A DNA stretch of 64,000 bases from Chloroflexota bacterium (GCA_038040345.1 JBBPIQ010000001.1:257245-321244); one strand, 5' to 3'. Positions 34,959 through 45,238 are shown, counted from the first letter of the stretch. The notes: a model not told the origin generated them from the sequence alone. Numbers and translations are program-made.

Positions 34959-35735
34959 GTGAGCGACTCCGATCTTCCCGACTACGTCAAGGCCAATCGC
35001 GACCACTGGACCAAGAACAATGCCGCGTACACCGATGGCCGCGCCGAGCACGCCTGGAACGAGCAGGAGATCTCGTGGGGCGTCTGGAACACACCCGAAA
35101 GCGAGATCAACGTCCTTCCGGACGTCCGCGGCAAGGACGTCGTCGAGCTCGGCTGCGGCACCGCCTACGTCTCGGCCTGGCTGAAACGAGGCGGCGCGCG
35201 GCGTGTCGTCGGCGTCGACATCACGCCCGCGCAGCTCGACTCGGCACGGCGACTGAACACGAAGTACGGACTGGGCCTCGAGCTCATTGAGGCAAACGCG
35301 GAGGCGACCGGCCTACCCGGCGCGTCGTTCGATCTCGCGATCTCCGAATACGGCGCCTCGATCTGGTGCGATCCCTACAAGTGGATCCCCGAGGCCGCGC
35401 GGCTGCTTCGACCGGAAGGCGAGCTGGTGTTCCTTCGCAACTCGACGCTCTCCGTCCTGTGCATGCCCGAACACGGCAAGGTGCAGGAGCGTCTGCAAAG
35501 GCCGCAGCGGGGCCTGAACCGCCTCGACTGGCTCGACACTCAGGAGACTGAGTTCCAGCTGGGCAACGGCGATCTCATCCGGCTGCTGCGCAAATCGGGG
35601 TTCGAGGTGCTCGACATGGTCGAGATCTTCGCGTCGGCCGACGCGGTCAACCACCCGTTCTACGGCGAGTACATGTCGGTTGAGTGGGCGCAGAAATGGC
35701 CGTCCGAGGAGATGTGGCGCGCTCGGAAGCGCTAG
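34959..35735 (+). CDS. Class I SAM-dependent methyltransferase
   Basis: VVELGCGTAY SAM-binding motif. Confidence 0.7.
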   Translation: MSDSDLPDYVKANRDHWTKNNAAYTDGRAEHAWNEQEISWGVWNTPESEINVLPDVRGKDVVELGCGTAYVSAWLKRGGARRVVGVDITPAQLDSARRLNTKYGLGLELIEANAEATGLPGASFDLAISEYGASIWCDPYKWIPEAARLLRPEGELVFLRNSTLSVLCMPEHGKVQERLQRPQRGLNRLDWLDTQETEFQLGNGDLIRLLRKSGFEVLDMVEIFASADAVNHPFYGEYMSVEWAQKWPSEEMWRARKR

Positions 35736-36157
35736 GGCGCCTCTACCGTGAAGCCGGTGTGCATCCCGAGCTGGTAGTGGCCCGCGATGTTGCAGATGAA
35801 GACGTACTTCCCCGGTGTGAGGTCGAGAGTCACGGCCGCCGACTTCCCCGCGGGAATGCTGGGGATGTCACCGATCTTGCCGTCCTCTTTTGCTTTCGCC
35901 GACGGGCCGTCGACGGGAAGCTTGTCCGGAGCGAGGTCCGTCTTCAGCACTACAAAGCTGTGCTCCATCGTCCCGAGGTTGCGCACGCCGATCTTGATCT
36001 TGCCGGCCTTCACGCTCGGCACGTTCACCGTGATCTTGGAGTCCGCGAGCTCGGCAACGACCTGCGAGCCGGCGGGCGCGTCCGCGGTGGGGGTCGTGCA
36101 CGCCGCGACCAGAAGGGCAAGCGCCATCAGCGCTGGGACGAGTCGGCTGAACATCAT
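35732..36157 (-). CDS. Cupredoxin-like lipoprotein (plastocyanin/amicyanin-like)
   Basis: Lipobox LLVAAC. Copper ligands H…C…H…M (FICNIAGHYQLGM). Confidence 0.7.
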   Translation of the reverse strand: MMFSRLVPALMALALLVAACTTPTADAPAGSQVVAELADSKITVNVPSVKAGKIKIGVRNLGTMEHSFVVLKTDLAPDKLPVDGPSAKAKEDGKIGDIPSIPAGKSAAVTLDLTPGKYVFICNIAGHYQLGMHTGFTVEAP

Positions 36158-36969
36158 CTAGAGGCTATACGCTCGCGACGCTTCTGCATTTCCTCCTCCT
36201 CCGCGAGCCAGAGGAAGAACGCGACCGAGGCGGCCGCGAGGAAGACGAAGTCGCCGACGACCCACATGATCGCGCCGCCGACGCGCTGATCGGTCACGCG
36301 ATCCATATCGAAGATCGTCGTGTCGGAGACGCCTGCGTACGCCGTGTACAGGAGGCGCGACGAGAACGAGAGGATTCCGCCGAGCACCGTGTTCTGCGCC
36401 GCGCCGAGGACGAGGAGGTACGGCAGCCGTGCCCCGTAACCAAGCGTCGCGCGAAATGGCTCGGGATCGATGACCACGCTCCAGAAGACGAGCGCCGAGA
36501 GAAAGAACCACGCGTGCTCGACGACGTGGACGCGCGCATCGAGAAGCGCCGCGTCGTAGAGATTCGGCAGGTGCCAGGCGTAGAGGCCGCCGACGTAGAG
36601 AGCCGCCGCGACCAGCGGGTGCCGCACGAGATGCACGAACGTTCGGACCGCATGCGCGCGCGCGAGCGGGCGCACGACAGCGGCACGCACCCACGCGGGA
36701 AGCCCGCGTAGGAGCGGTCGGATCGGCGCGCCGAGCATGAGCAGCGGCGCCGCGGCGACGGTGAGGAGCATGTGCTGGACCATGTGCACCGCGAACGAGA
36801 CCGCCGCGTAGCTGTCGATCGGAGAGGCGAGCGCCGCGAGCAGCGCGGCAAGACCGAGGAGGAAGAGCGTCGTGCGCCACAGCGGCCAGCGCCGCCGCAT
36901 CCGCGCCACGCCGACCACGTAGACGATGGCGGCGAGCGCGGTCGCGATGGAGACGACTAAAGGCGCAAT
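36154..36969 (-). CDS. ctaG: Cytochrome c oxidase caa3 assembly factor CtaG (Bacillus-type)
   Basis: Multi-TM protein with the HMVQHMLL motif. Start approximate (overlaps the ctaAB stop; non-ATG). Confidence 0.55.
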   Translation of the reverse strand: MAPLVVSIATALAAIVYVVGVARMRRRWPLWRTTLFLLGLAALLAALASPIDSYAAVSFAVHMVQHMLLTVAAAPLLMLGAPIRPLLRGLPAWVRAAVVRPLARAHAVRTFVHLVRHPLVAAALYVGGLYAWHLPNLYDAALLDARVHVVEHAWFFLSALVFWSVVIDPEPFRATLGYGARLPYLLVLGAAQNTVLGGILSFSSRLLYTAYAGVSDTTIFDMDRVTDQRVGGAIMWVVGDFVFLAAASVAFFLWLAEEEEMQKRRERIASR

Positions 36970-38750
36970 GTGCTGTCCACCATGATCGCGACGAAGAGAA
37001 GCGCGAGGTACAGGAGCGAATACAGGTAGACCGAGCGGGCCATCGCACGCCGGCGGATCGCACCGCTGCGAAGGAGACGGAAGGCGTATCCGATGAAGAG
37101 AGCTCCGAGGATGATCGCGGCAGCGAGGTAAACGTAGCCGAGCCCACCGATGATGAAGAGCAGGAGCGTGAGCGGGAGCAGGCTCGCCGCGTACGCAAGG
37201 ATGTTCCAAGTGGTCGCCTCGTCGCCGCGGACCACCGGCAGCATCGGGACTCCGGCGCGCTCGTAGTCATCGCGGATCAGGAGAGCGAGCGCCCAGAAGT
37301 GGGCGGGCGTCCAGAAAAAGATGATCGCGAAGAGGAGCCAGGCCGCGAGATCGAGCGAGCCGGTGACCGCAGCCCAGCCGACGAGCGGCGGGATCGCGCC
37401 GGCCGCCCCGCCGATGACGATGTTCTGCGTGGTCGAGCGCTTGAGCCAGATCGTGTACACGAGGATGTAGAAGACCGTTCCGCCGATCGCGAGCGCCGCC
37501 GCGAGTAAGTTCGTGAAGACCGCGAGTACAACGAACGCGATCGCGTTGAGGGCGATCCCCCACCAGATCGCGACGCTCCCGGAGATGCGATGGGCCGGGA
37601 GGGGTCGTTTGCGCGTACGCCGCATGCGCTCGTCGATGTCGCGATCGAAATAGTGATTCAGGCTCGCCGCTCCGCCACTCGCCGCCGCGCCGCCGATGAG
37701 CGTCGCCGCGAGCAGGCCGAACGGCGGGACCCCGCGTTCCGCGAGGAACATCCCGCCGAGCGCGGTCAGGAGAAGGAGCGACATGATCGCGGGCTTGGTC
37801 AGCGCGATGAGATCGCGCACCAGCGCTCCCTGGCGCGAGGCAGGGCGCCACGCGACCGCGGCCAGCCCCACGACGCTGCACCACAGAAGGCTCGCGACTG
37901 CGGGATGCGCGCCGACGGCCCACGGTGCCCACCCGGTGAGCGGGTTCGCCGCGCCGATCGCTACCTGCGCGACGAAGATCACGGCAGTCGCGATAGCCAG
38001 TGGACCGAGTCCCGGCGCGTCGCGCCGATGCCGCCACGCATCGATGCAGGCAAGCACAACGACGACTCCGACGCCTGCTGCGATGTAGCGGTGGAGCATC
38101 GCGATCGCGGGAAGCCCCTCCGTCGGAAAGTCGATTCTCGTTGCTAAGAGGATGGGCACATTGACCTGGGCGATAGCTCCGCAAAGTGGCCAGCTGAAAC
38201 ATGCCATCGTCGCGTTCGCGCCCCGCAGGTAGGCTCCACTGAGCAGGAGCACGAAGGTGCCGACGGCTGCCGCGACGGCAAGCCACGTCCATCCGGCGCT
38301 CTCGGTGCGCCCGACATTCGGCCAGCGCACCACGACGGCGAGGATCGTGAGCGTCGCGAGCAGGAGCTCCGCGTTCGCGAGGTGCACGGTCACCCATTCC
38401 GGAGGCAGCTCGAGGACCACCGTGATCGCGCCGAGGACGGCCTGCAGCGGATAGAGGATCGCCGCGACGATCGCGAGGGTGAGGATCCGTCGATCGGCGC
38501 GATAGAAGACGAGCGACCAGAGCACCACGGCCGCAACGGCCACGCCGCCGGCGATCGCGAGAAAGCGGTGAAACCACTCGATCCGCGTCGCAGTGTCGAG
38601 CGACGGTAGGAACTGCCCGTGGCACAGGGGCCAGTCGGGACAACCGAGGCCGGATCCGGTCACGCGTACGACGCCGCCCCAGACGACGACGAGAAATGAC
38701 GCAGCGAGGCTCGCGTACACGAGAGCGCGATAGCGGGGTGAGAAGCTCAC
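36957..38750 (-). CDS. ctaA-ctaB: Fused heme A synthase (CtaA) and protoheme IX farnesyltransferase (CtaB)
   Basis: N-terminal half: CtaA GCPDWPLCHG and a second SWPLCG Cys loop. C-terminal half: UbiA-family prenyltransferase motifs (…NHYFDRDIDERMRRTRKRPL…). Confidence 0.8.
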   Translation of the reverse strand: MSFSPRYRALVYASLAASFLVVVWGGVVRVTGSGLGCPDWPLCHGQFLPSLDTATRIEWFHRFLAIAGGVAVAAVVLWSLVFYRADRRILTLAIVAAILYPLQAVLGAITVVLELPPEWVTVHLANAELLLATLTILAVVVRWPNVGRTESAGWTWLAVAAAVGTFVLLLSGAYLRGANATMACFSWPLCGAIAQVNVPILLATRIDFPTEGLPAIAMLHRYIAAGVGVVVVLACIDAWRHRRDAPGLGPLAIATAVIFVAQVAIGAANPLTGWAPWAVGAHPAVASLLWCSVVGLAAVAWRPASRQGALVRDLIALTKPAIMSLLLLTALGGMFLAERGVPPFGLLAATLIGGAAASGGAASLNHYFDRDIDERMRRTRKRPLPAHRISGSVAIWWGIALNAIAFVVLAVFTNLLAAALAIGGTVFYILVYTIWLKRSTTQNIVIGGAAGAIPPLVGWAAVTGSLDLAAWLLFAIIFFWTPAHFWALALLIRDDYERAGVPMLPVVRGDEATTWNILAYAASLLPLTLLLFIIGGLGYVYLAAAIILGALFIGYAFRLLRSGAIRRRAMARSVYLYSLLYLALLFVAIMVDSTLRL

Positions 38751-38863
38751 GCGTTCAGACTAAGCGCGAGCGAGGAGCGATTCACTCGCGACGAGCGAGA
38801 TCGACGAGCGGTGTCGAGGCGGCGAGGCTCAGGCAGCAGCGCTGCCTGAGCTGAGCGCGACGA

Positions 38864-40540
38864 TCAGTGCGCGACGTCTTCCTTCAGCGGACGGGCGCTG
38901 TGGACCACAGGGATCCGCGCGAAGTTGTACGGCTGCGGCGGCGACGTCGTCGCCCACTCGAGCGTGTCGGCCTCCCACGGGTCGTCGCCGGCGGGCCGGC
39001 CGTGGCCGAGAACGATGCTGTGGAAAAAGTTGAACAGGAACACGGCGATCGAGATGGCGATGATGTAGGCACCGATCGTCGAGACCAAGTTCAAGCTCGC
39101 CCACTCCGGCGACTGCGGGTAGTGGAACGTGCGCCGGGGCATGCCGTCGAGTCCGAGTTGGTGCATCGGGAAGAACGCGAGGTTTACGCCGATGAAGAAC
39201 AGGAAGAAGTGGATTCTGCCGATCCGCTCGCTGAGCATCCGGCCACTGATCTTCGGCATCCAGTAGTAGAACGCCGCGAACGCGCAGAAGAGCGCGCCCT
39301 GTACGAGGACGTAGTGGATGTGCGCCACGACGAAGTACGTATCCGAGAGCTGCACGTCGACCGGCACGGAACCGAGGAAGACGCCCGAGATGCCGCCGAT
39401 CGTGAACACCACGATGAACGCCATCGCGAAAAGCATCGCCGTGCTGAAGCGGAGCGCCCCGCCCCAGAGCGTCCCGAGCCAGGAGAAGATCTTCACGCCG
39501 GTCGGGACCGCGATGAGCATCGTCGACGCCATGAAGAAGATCTGCAGCGCCGGGTCGATGCCCGCGACGAACATGTGATGCACGAACACGCCGAACGAGA
39601 GGAAGCCGATCGCGGCGGACGAGTACGCGATCATCCGGTACCCGAAGATCGGCTTGCGTGAGAAGACCGGCAGCACTTCGCTGATCACGCCGAAGCCCGG
39701 CAAAATCATGATGTAGACCTCGGGGTGCCCGAAGAACCAAAAGAGGTACTGCCAGAGGAGCGGATCGGCGCCCTGCCCCACCGCGAAGAAGTTCGTCCCG
39801 GCCATCCGGTCGAAGAGCAGGAGAACGCCGGCCACCGTGAGGAACGGCATCGCGAGCACGAGCAGGAAGCTCGTGACGAGGACGCTCCAGCAGAAGAGCG
39901 TGATGCGCATGAACGTCATGCCCGGCGCGCGCAGCGAGAAGATCGTCACGATCATGTTCAGCGCGCCGAAGATCGACGAGAAGCCGAGGACCGTGAGCCC
40001 GAGGATGACGAGATCCATGCCGTTCCCCGGCATGAATTCCCTCGTCGAGAGCGGGACGTACATCGTCCAGCCGGTCATGGGCGGGCCGACGATGAACGCG
40101 GAATACAGGATGATCCCGCCGAACAGCAGGAGCCAGTACGAGAGCGCATTGAGCCGCGGGAAGGCCATGTCTCGCGCCCCGAGCTGCAGCGGAACGATGT
40201 AGTTCGCGAATCCGGTCCACACCGGCACGACGAAGAGGAACACCATCGTGAGCCCGTGCATCGTGAACGCGGCGTTGTACTGCTGCGCGGTCAGGAAGGT
40301 GCCGTCCGGCGTCGCGAGCTGGGTGCGGATCCCTAAGGCGAGCAGGCCACCGGCGAGGAAGAAGCAGAACGTCGTGACGAGGTACATGACGCCGATCTTC
40401 TTGTGATCGGTCGTCGTGATCCACTCGAGAAGCCCGGTGTAACGGGGACGTGCGAGCGGGAAGGTCCGCTCGAGGGTGGCCATGCGGGGTCCATTCCATC
40501 GTGCGGGAATGGGAGTGTCAAATGACGAGGAGCTCCCCAC
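38864..40540 (-). CDS. ctaD: Cytochrome c oxidase subunit I
   Basis: Canonical COX1 His ligands and motifs (…WFFGHPEVYI…HHMF…). An alternative start exists at the internal MATLERTF. Confidence 0.85.
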   Translation of the reverse strand: MGSSSSFDTPIPARWNGPRMATLERTFPLARPRYTGLLEWITTTDHKKIGVMYLVTTFCFFLAGGLLALGIRTQLATPDGTFLTAQQYNAAFTMHGLTMVFLFVVPVWTGFANYIVPLQLGARDMAFPRLNALSYWLLLFGGIILYSAFIVGPPMTGWTMYVPLSTREFMPGNGMDLVILGLTVLGFSSIFGALNMIVTIFSLRAPGMTFMRITLFCWSVLVTSFLLVLAMPFLTVAGVLLLFDRMAGTNFFAVGQGADPLLWQYLFWFFGHPEVYIMILPGFGVISEVLPVFSRKPIFGYRMIAYSSAAIGFLSFGVFVHHMFVAGIDPALQIFFMASTMLIAVPTGVKIFSWLGTLWGGALRFSTAMLFAMAFIVVFTIGGISGVFLGSVPVDVQLSDTYFVVAHIHYVLVQGALFCAFAAFYYWMPKISGRMLSERIGRIHFFLFFIGVNLAFFPMHQLGLDGMPRRTFHYPQSPEWASLNLVSTIGAYIIAISIAVFLFNFFHSIVLGHGRPAGDDPWEADTLEWATTSPPQPYNFARIPVVHSARPLKEDVAH

Positions 40541-40583
40541 CTGGGGAGCCCCTCATCGCCATGCGCCTGTTTGTTGAGCTCGG

Positions 40584-41324
40584 CTACTTGCCGGTGTTCA
40601 CGTACTGGATGCAGTCGCCCTGGTTCTTGAAGGACGAGCCGTCCGTGCGCTCGAGGTCCTTCCAGCCACCGGACTTGCAGTTGTTCTTGTCGCTTGTCGC
40701 GGCTGCCTCGCCGAGGTGGACGTTGAAGACGGTCCAGAGTCCAGCGTCGTCAGCGATCACGAACGGGATCGCGCCTATCTCCCAGGTCGGGTGCGCTGCG
40801 ACGAAGGCCGCCCAATTCGGGAAGCTCTCAGACCCGACGAAGATCGTGCACGTCGGGTCATTGATCGCGTCCACGAGGCCTGCGCCGTCGTTGCAATAGA
40901 ACGCGCCGATGAACGCGTAGAAGTCGGTTGTCCCGTTGCCGTCCGTGTCGATCGGCAGGCTGATGCGTGGCGAGCCGGCCGTCGCGACGCCCGTGTAGTT
41001 GAACGAAAGCTGTGTGACCTGGCCGAGCGTCATGCCGCTCAGGCTCGAGGTCTGGTAGTAGACGCCCGAGTAGTCGCCGGATCCGACCGGGACCGAGTTG
41101 TTGAGCGTCGCGCCGTTCGAGGTACGGGTGCAGACTCCGCCGTAGACGACGCCGCCCGTGTCACCGTTCGCGGTGTCCGTCGTGCCGTCGAAGCACAGCA
41201 GCTGGCTGGACGCGTTGGCCGCCGCGGCCGCGCCGGCGTTGCCGAGCAAGACCGCTGCGGAGAACACGGCGAGGATTCCGAGCGTGCGCGTAAGCGCTTT
41301 GACTAGATGCACTGATTTCTCCAC
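40584..41324 (-). CDS. Secreted Cys-rich hypothetical protein
   Basis: Signal peptide. Eight Cys. Gly/Thr/Asp-rich. No recognised domain. Confidence 0.45.
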   Translation of the reverse strand: MEKSVHLVKALTRTLGILAVFSAAVLLGNAGAAAAANASSQLLCFDGTTDTANGDTGGVVYGGVCTRTSNGATLNNSVPVGSGDYSGVYYQTSSLSGMTLGQVTQLSFNYTGVATAGSPRISLPIDTDGNGTTDFYAFIGAFYCNDGAGLVDAINDPTCTIFVGSESFPNWAAFVAAHPTWEIGAIPFVIADDAGLWTVFNVHLGEAAATSDKNNCKSGGWKDLERTDGSSFKNQGDCIQYVNTGK

Positions 41325-41438
41325 TCCCGATAAGGGGTCGACCGCTTAACGCGGTTAAGAGGAAAACGTCAGTCAGTTTGCGGGCCCTCGGACGCCCGTG
41401 GACCGAGAGGGCGAGCCAGCCCTGCATGCCTCGCGAAA

Positions 41439-42485
41439 TCAGCCTGCGGGCCGAGCCACCACGAGCTTGTCCTGGCCTGACATCGCGCCCCAGACCTCGC
41501 CGTGACGGCCGAGGAGTTGGCGCACGTTGGCGTTGCGCGACACGTGGGCGCGTACCGAGAAGGTCTCGGTGACCGGGTCAAAGCGCGCGAACCCATTTGC
41601 GCCCCAGTCGGTGACCCAGACGACGTCGGCGTCGTCCACGAACACCGCGTAGGCCATCGGGTTGTCGCCTGGGAGCTTCCACTCCTTCCACGACGCGCCG
41701 TCGTAGCGGGCGATTCGCCCGGCGTTCCACTCGCTCACCCAGACGCGGCTTTTCGAGTCACACCACACGCGGCGCGCGCCCTGGCCCGCGGTGGGCGGGA
41801 CGAGGACGGTCGCTCCGCCGGTCTCCTTCACGATTCGCCCGACGTAGCTGCCGGCCAGCGACGCGTAATAGATCTCACCATCAGGGCAGCTCGCGATCCC
41901 GTACGGTCCCGCGCCGCGCGGCGCGTCGAACACCGCCATCGCGCCGCTCTGCGTGTCGAGACGACCGAATACGCCGCTCTGGCCCGTGAACCAAAGCGTG
42001 CGGCCATCGCGATCGAACACCGCCGTGTTCAGGTTCGCGTTCGGGCGATCCACCGGCAGCGGGAAGCGCTTGACCTCGTTCGTCACGGGATCGACGCGAA
42101 CGATCGCATTGAGGCCGCCGTCCGTCACCCACGGCGCACCGTCGGGTCCGACGATCACGCCATGCGGCGCGGACCCCGCGCCGAGCTTGACCGCCTTCGT
42201 CAGGCCGAACTTCGGATCGAGCCAACCGAGCTCGCCAGTGAGCTGCGCCGTGTACCAGACACCTCCGTCACGCGCCGGCGCGACGTCGTGCGGTCCCTGC
42301 CCGCGCGCGACCGGGTACTCCTGCAGGACGAACGGGGTGTCTGTTGGCGGTGAGATCGGTGGACTGGTCGGGCTGGCCTGTTGCTGGCTCGGCGGGGGCT
42401 CGTCACTCCGGACGACGACGTCGTTTCCGTACGGTCGACAAGCGACCACGGTCAGGACCAGGGCCAGCCAGACCGCGCGGATCAC
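41439..42485 (-). CDS. Vgb/SMP-30-like beta-propeller lipoprotein (virginiamycin B lyase family)
   Basis: Repeated …GxWxTxxxGxxIxRxD… blades. GTG start chosen for the GTGA overlap with the copA stop. Lipobox TVVAC. Confidence 0.6.
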   Translation of the reverse strand: MIRAVWLALVLTVVACRPYGNDVVVRSDEPPPSQQQASPTSPPISPPTDTPFVLQEYPVARGQGPHDVAPARDGGVWYTAQLTGELGWLDPKFGLTKAVKLGAGSAPHGVIVGPDGAPWVTDGGLNAIVRVDPVTNEVKRFPLPVDRPNANLNTAVFDRDGRTLWFTGQSGVFGRLDTQSGAMAVFDAPRGAGPYGIASCPDGEIYYASLAGSYVGRIVKETGGATVLVPPTAGQGARRVWCDSKSRVWVSEWNAGRIARYDGASWKEWKLPGDNPMAYAVFVDDADVVWVTDWGANGFARFDPVTETFSVRAHVSRNANVRQLLGRHGEVWGAMSGQDKLVVARPAG

Positions 42486-44800
42486 TCGAGCGATACGCCG
42501 CGCAGACGCAAAGAGTTCGAGACGACGGTCACGGACGAGAGCGCCATCGCAGCCGCGGCGAGGACCGGAGAGAGCAGCCACCCGGTGAAGGGATAGAGAA
42601 CGCCAGCGGCGACCGGGATGAGCGCGACGTTGTAGAAGAACGCCCAGAACAGGTTCTGGCGGATCGTCGCGACCGTCGCGCGTGCGAGACGCAGCGCACG
42701 CGAAACCCCGCGCGGGTCACCGCCGACGAGAACGACATCGGCCGTCGCGATCGCGACGTCCGTGCCCGATCCGATCGCGATCCCGAGATTCGCGCGAGCG
42801 AGCGCCGGCGCGTCGTTCACGCCGTCGCCGACCATCGCGACGCGGTGTCCTGCCGACTGCAGCCCCGCCACGATCTCGGCCTTCCCGTCCGGCCGGATCT
42901 CGGCGCGGACTTCGTCGATCCCGAGCGCGCGCGCGACGGCCTCGGCGACGCGGCGCGCGTCGCCGGAGACCAGCAGCGTGCGCAGGCCCATTCGCCGCAG
43001 CTCAGCGATCGCATCCCGGGCCGCGGCCTTGGGCGTGTCGGCCAGCGCGAGGATGCCAGCGGGTTCGCCGTCGATCGTTCCGACGAGCACCGTTCGTCCC
43101 TTCTCCTGGTGGTGCGCGAGGACGTCGTCGCCGAGCTCCGCGAAACCGTGCGCTCGGGCGAGAGCCGCGTTGCCGATCCAGACATCGTGACCATCGACTG
43201 TCGCGTGAATGCCTTGACCGGGCAGCGCCTCGAACGCGGTGGGCTCGGACAATGCGAGGCCCTTTGTAGTCGCGAGCTCGACGACCGCGGCCGCGAGCGG
43301 GTGCTCCGATCGCGATTCCGCGCTCGCGAGAATGCGGATCACCTCGTCTTCGCCGATGCCGGCGCAGTTCATGTACTCGACGACCTCGGGCCGACCGACC
43401 GTAAGGGTGCCGGTCTTGTCGAATGCGACCACGTCGATCGCGCGCGCCGCTTCGAGCGCCTGGGCGCTCTTGATGAGGATCCCGCGAGAGGCACCGCGAC
43501 CCGTTCCGACGATGATCGCGGTCGGCGTCGCGAGCCCGAGCGCGCAGGGGCACGCGATGATGAGGACCGCGACGAACGCGCTCAACGCATAGCCGAGGCG
43601 AGGTTCGGGCCCGAACGCGAGCCATGCGAGGGCGCTCGCGAACGCGATCGCGAAGACGATCGGCACGAAGATCGACGCGATCCGGTCGACGAGGCGCTGG
43701 ATCGGCGCCTTAGAGCCCTGCGCCTCTTCGACGAGACGAATGATCTGGGCGACGAGCGTGTCGCCGCCGACGCGCGTGACGCGAAAGCGGAAGGTGCCCG
43801 TGCCGTTCTGCGTTCCGCCCGTGACCTCGTCGCCGGGGCCCTTCTCCACCGGGATGGATTCGCCCGTGATCATCGCTTCATCGACCGCGGACGATCCCGC
43901 GAGAACGAGCCCGTCTGCCGCGACGACCTCGCCGGGACGGACGATGACGACATCGCCGACGGCCAGACGGTCGATCGGGACGTCCTCCTCCACGCCGCCG
44001 GGACGCCGCACGCGCGCGCTCTTCGCGCCGAGGGCTGCGAGAGCGCGCACCTCGTCGGCGGTACGGGCCCGGGCGCGCGCCTCGAGATAGCGGCCCGCGA
44101 GCACGAGAGTGACGATCACCGTGGCGGTGTCGTAGTACAGGAACCGGCCCGGCTCGAGACCGGCGCCGATGAATGCCGAGCCGAAGAACGTCGCGAGCAC
44201 GGACACGGCGTACGCGGTGGACGTCCCGACCACGACGAGCGTGTTCATGTCGGTGCGCCGATGGCGTGCCGCCGATAGGGCGCCGCGGTAGAACGGCAGC
44301 GCCGACCACACCTGGACCGGCGTGGCAAGCGCGAACAGCAGGTATGGGCGCCACGCCGCCTCCATCAGCGCCGGATACAGGAGATCGGCCATGGAGAGGA
44401 GCATCGTCGGGACCGCCAAAGCCGCCGCGACGATGAGCCGCCGGCGCAGCCCCCGGACGTATGTGGCGCGGAGCGCACGTTCGCGCACCTCAATCTCGGC
44501 CCGCTCGGCGCGATCCGCCGAGAGCACTAGCGCACCGTAGCCCGCGCGCTCGATGGCGCGCACGAGAGCGGCATCGTCGGCGCGAGACGGATCGACTTCG
44601 ACTCGTGCGCGTTCGGTCGCGAGGTTGACGTCCGCTTCGCGCACGCCGACGACCCCTCGGAGCGCGTCCTCCACGCTCGCGACGCACGACGCGCACGTCA
44701 TCCCCGTGACGACCAGCTCGCGCCGCTCGTGGTCGCTGGCCTGCGGCTCAGTATTCGCGGAAAGTGTCGGCGTCGGCTCGCTTTGGAGGCCGGCGCTCAT
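42482..44800 (-). CDS. copA: Copper(I)-translocating P1B-1-type ATPase
   Basis: N-terminal GMTCASCV HMA domain. CPC in TM6 (IIACPCALGLATP). DKTGTLT and GDGVNDAP motifs. Confidence 0.9.
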   Translation of the reverse strand: MSAGLQSEPTPTLSANTEPQASDHERRELVVTGMTCASCVASVEDALRGVVGVREADVNLATERARVEVDPSRADDAALVRAIERAGYGALVLSADRAERAEIEVRERALRATYVRGLRRRLIVAAALAVPTMLLSMADLLYPALMEAAWRPYLLFALATPVQVWSALPFYRGALSAARHRRTDMNTLVVVGTSTAYAVSVLATFFGSAFIGAGLEPGRFLYYDTATVIVTLVLAGRYLEARARARTADEVRALAALGAKSARVRRPGGVEEDVPIDRLAVGDVVIVRPGEVVAADGLVLAGSSAVDEAMITGESIPVEKGPGDEVTGGTQNGTGTFRFRVTRVGGDTLVAQIIRLVEEAQGSKAPIQRLVDRIASIFVPIVFAIAFASALAWLAFGPEPRLGYALSAFVAVLIIACPCALGLATPTAIIVGTGRGASRGILIKSAQALEAARAIDVVAFDKTGTLTVGRPEVVEYMNCAGIGEDEVIRILASAESRSEHPLAAAVVELATTKGLALSEPTAFEALPGQGIHATVDGHDVWIGNAALARAHGFAELGDDVLAHHQEKGRTVLVGTIDGEPAGILALADTPKAAARDAIAELRRMGLRTLLVSGDARRVAEAVARALGIDEVRAEIRPDGKAEIVAGLQSAGHRVAMVGDGVNDAPALARANLGIAIGSGTDVAIATADVVLVGGDPRGVSRALRLARATVATIRQNLFWAFFYNVALIPVAAGVLYPFTGWLLSPVLAAAAMALSSVTVVSNSLRLRGVSLE

Positions 44801-45216
44801 GTGGTCTTGGTTTCGCTAGCCTCGGCGGTCTCGCATATTCCACTGTCAGCAGGCGCCACCTGCGCGGTCGCGCGTTCCTTGTCCAGCGCCTCGACGACGC
44901 TGGGATGGGCGTCGGACAGGCAGCACCGACACGACGAATACCAGGCGCGCATGCCGGCGTCGATGGTCGGGACCTCGCCGCTCGTCACGGTCGGGTGCGC
45001 GTCGTCTTGCGTTGCGTGCGCGTGGCCTGCCGTCGCGAGCCAGGCCTCGACCTTCGGGATGTAGACGTTGGGGTTCTTGGCAAACTTCGTCTGACAGGCC
45101 GCCGAGCAAAAGCCGTACTCGCGCTCCGGGTACTCCATCGTGAGGCCGTGCTCACGCGCGTCGGCGAGGTCCACGATCATGTCGCAGATCGGGTCGAGGA
45201 TCTTTCCGCTCGTCAT
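44797..45216 (-). CDS. YHS/TRASH domain copper-binding protein
   Basis: DPICDMIVD…EYGFCSAACQTKF YHS motif. C-terminal CRCC. ATGA overlap with copA. Confidence 0.7.
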   Translation of the reverse strand: MTSGKILDPICDMIVDLADAREHGLTMEYPEREYGFCSAACQTKFAKNPNVYIPKVEAWLATAGHAHATQDDAHPTVTSGEVPTIDAGMRAWYSSCRCCLSDAHPSVVEALDKERATAQVAPADSGICETAEASETKTT

Positions 45217-45238
45217 CGTCGCTCTCCTTACCTTTGCT

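Noticed and set aside
37267-38643. Long antisense or alternative-frame ORFs overlapping real genes, e.g. 37267-38643 (458 aa), 38829-40499 (556 aa), 46089-47186, 49867-51309, 18992-19816, 24850-25641, 36158-37270
   Set aside because: Arg/Pro/Ala/Ser-rich low-complexity translations typical of high-GC shadow frames. Each overlaps a gene with clear family motifs on the other strand or frame.
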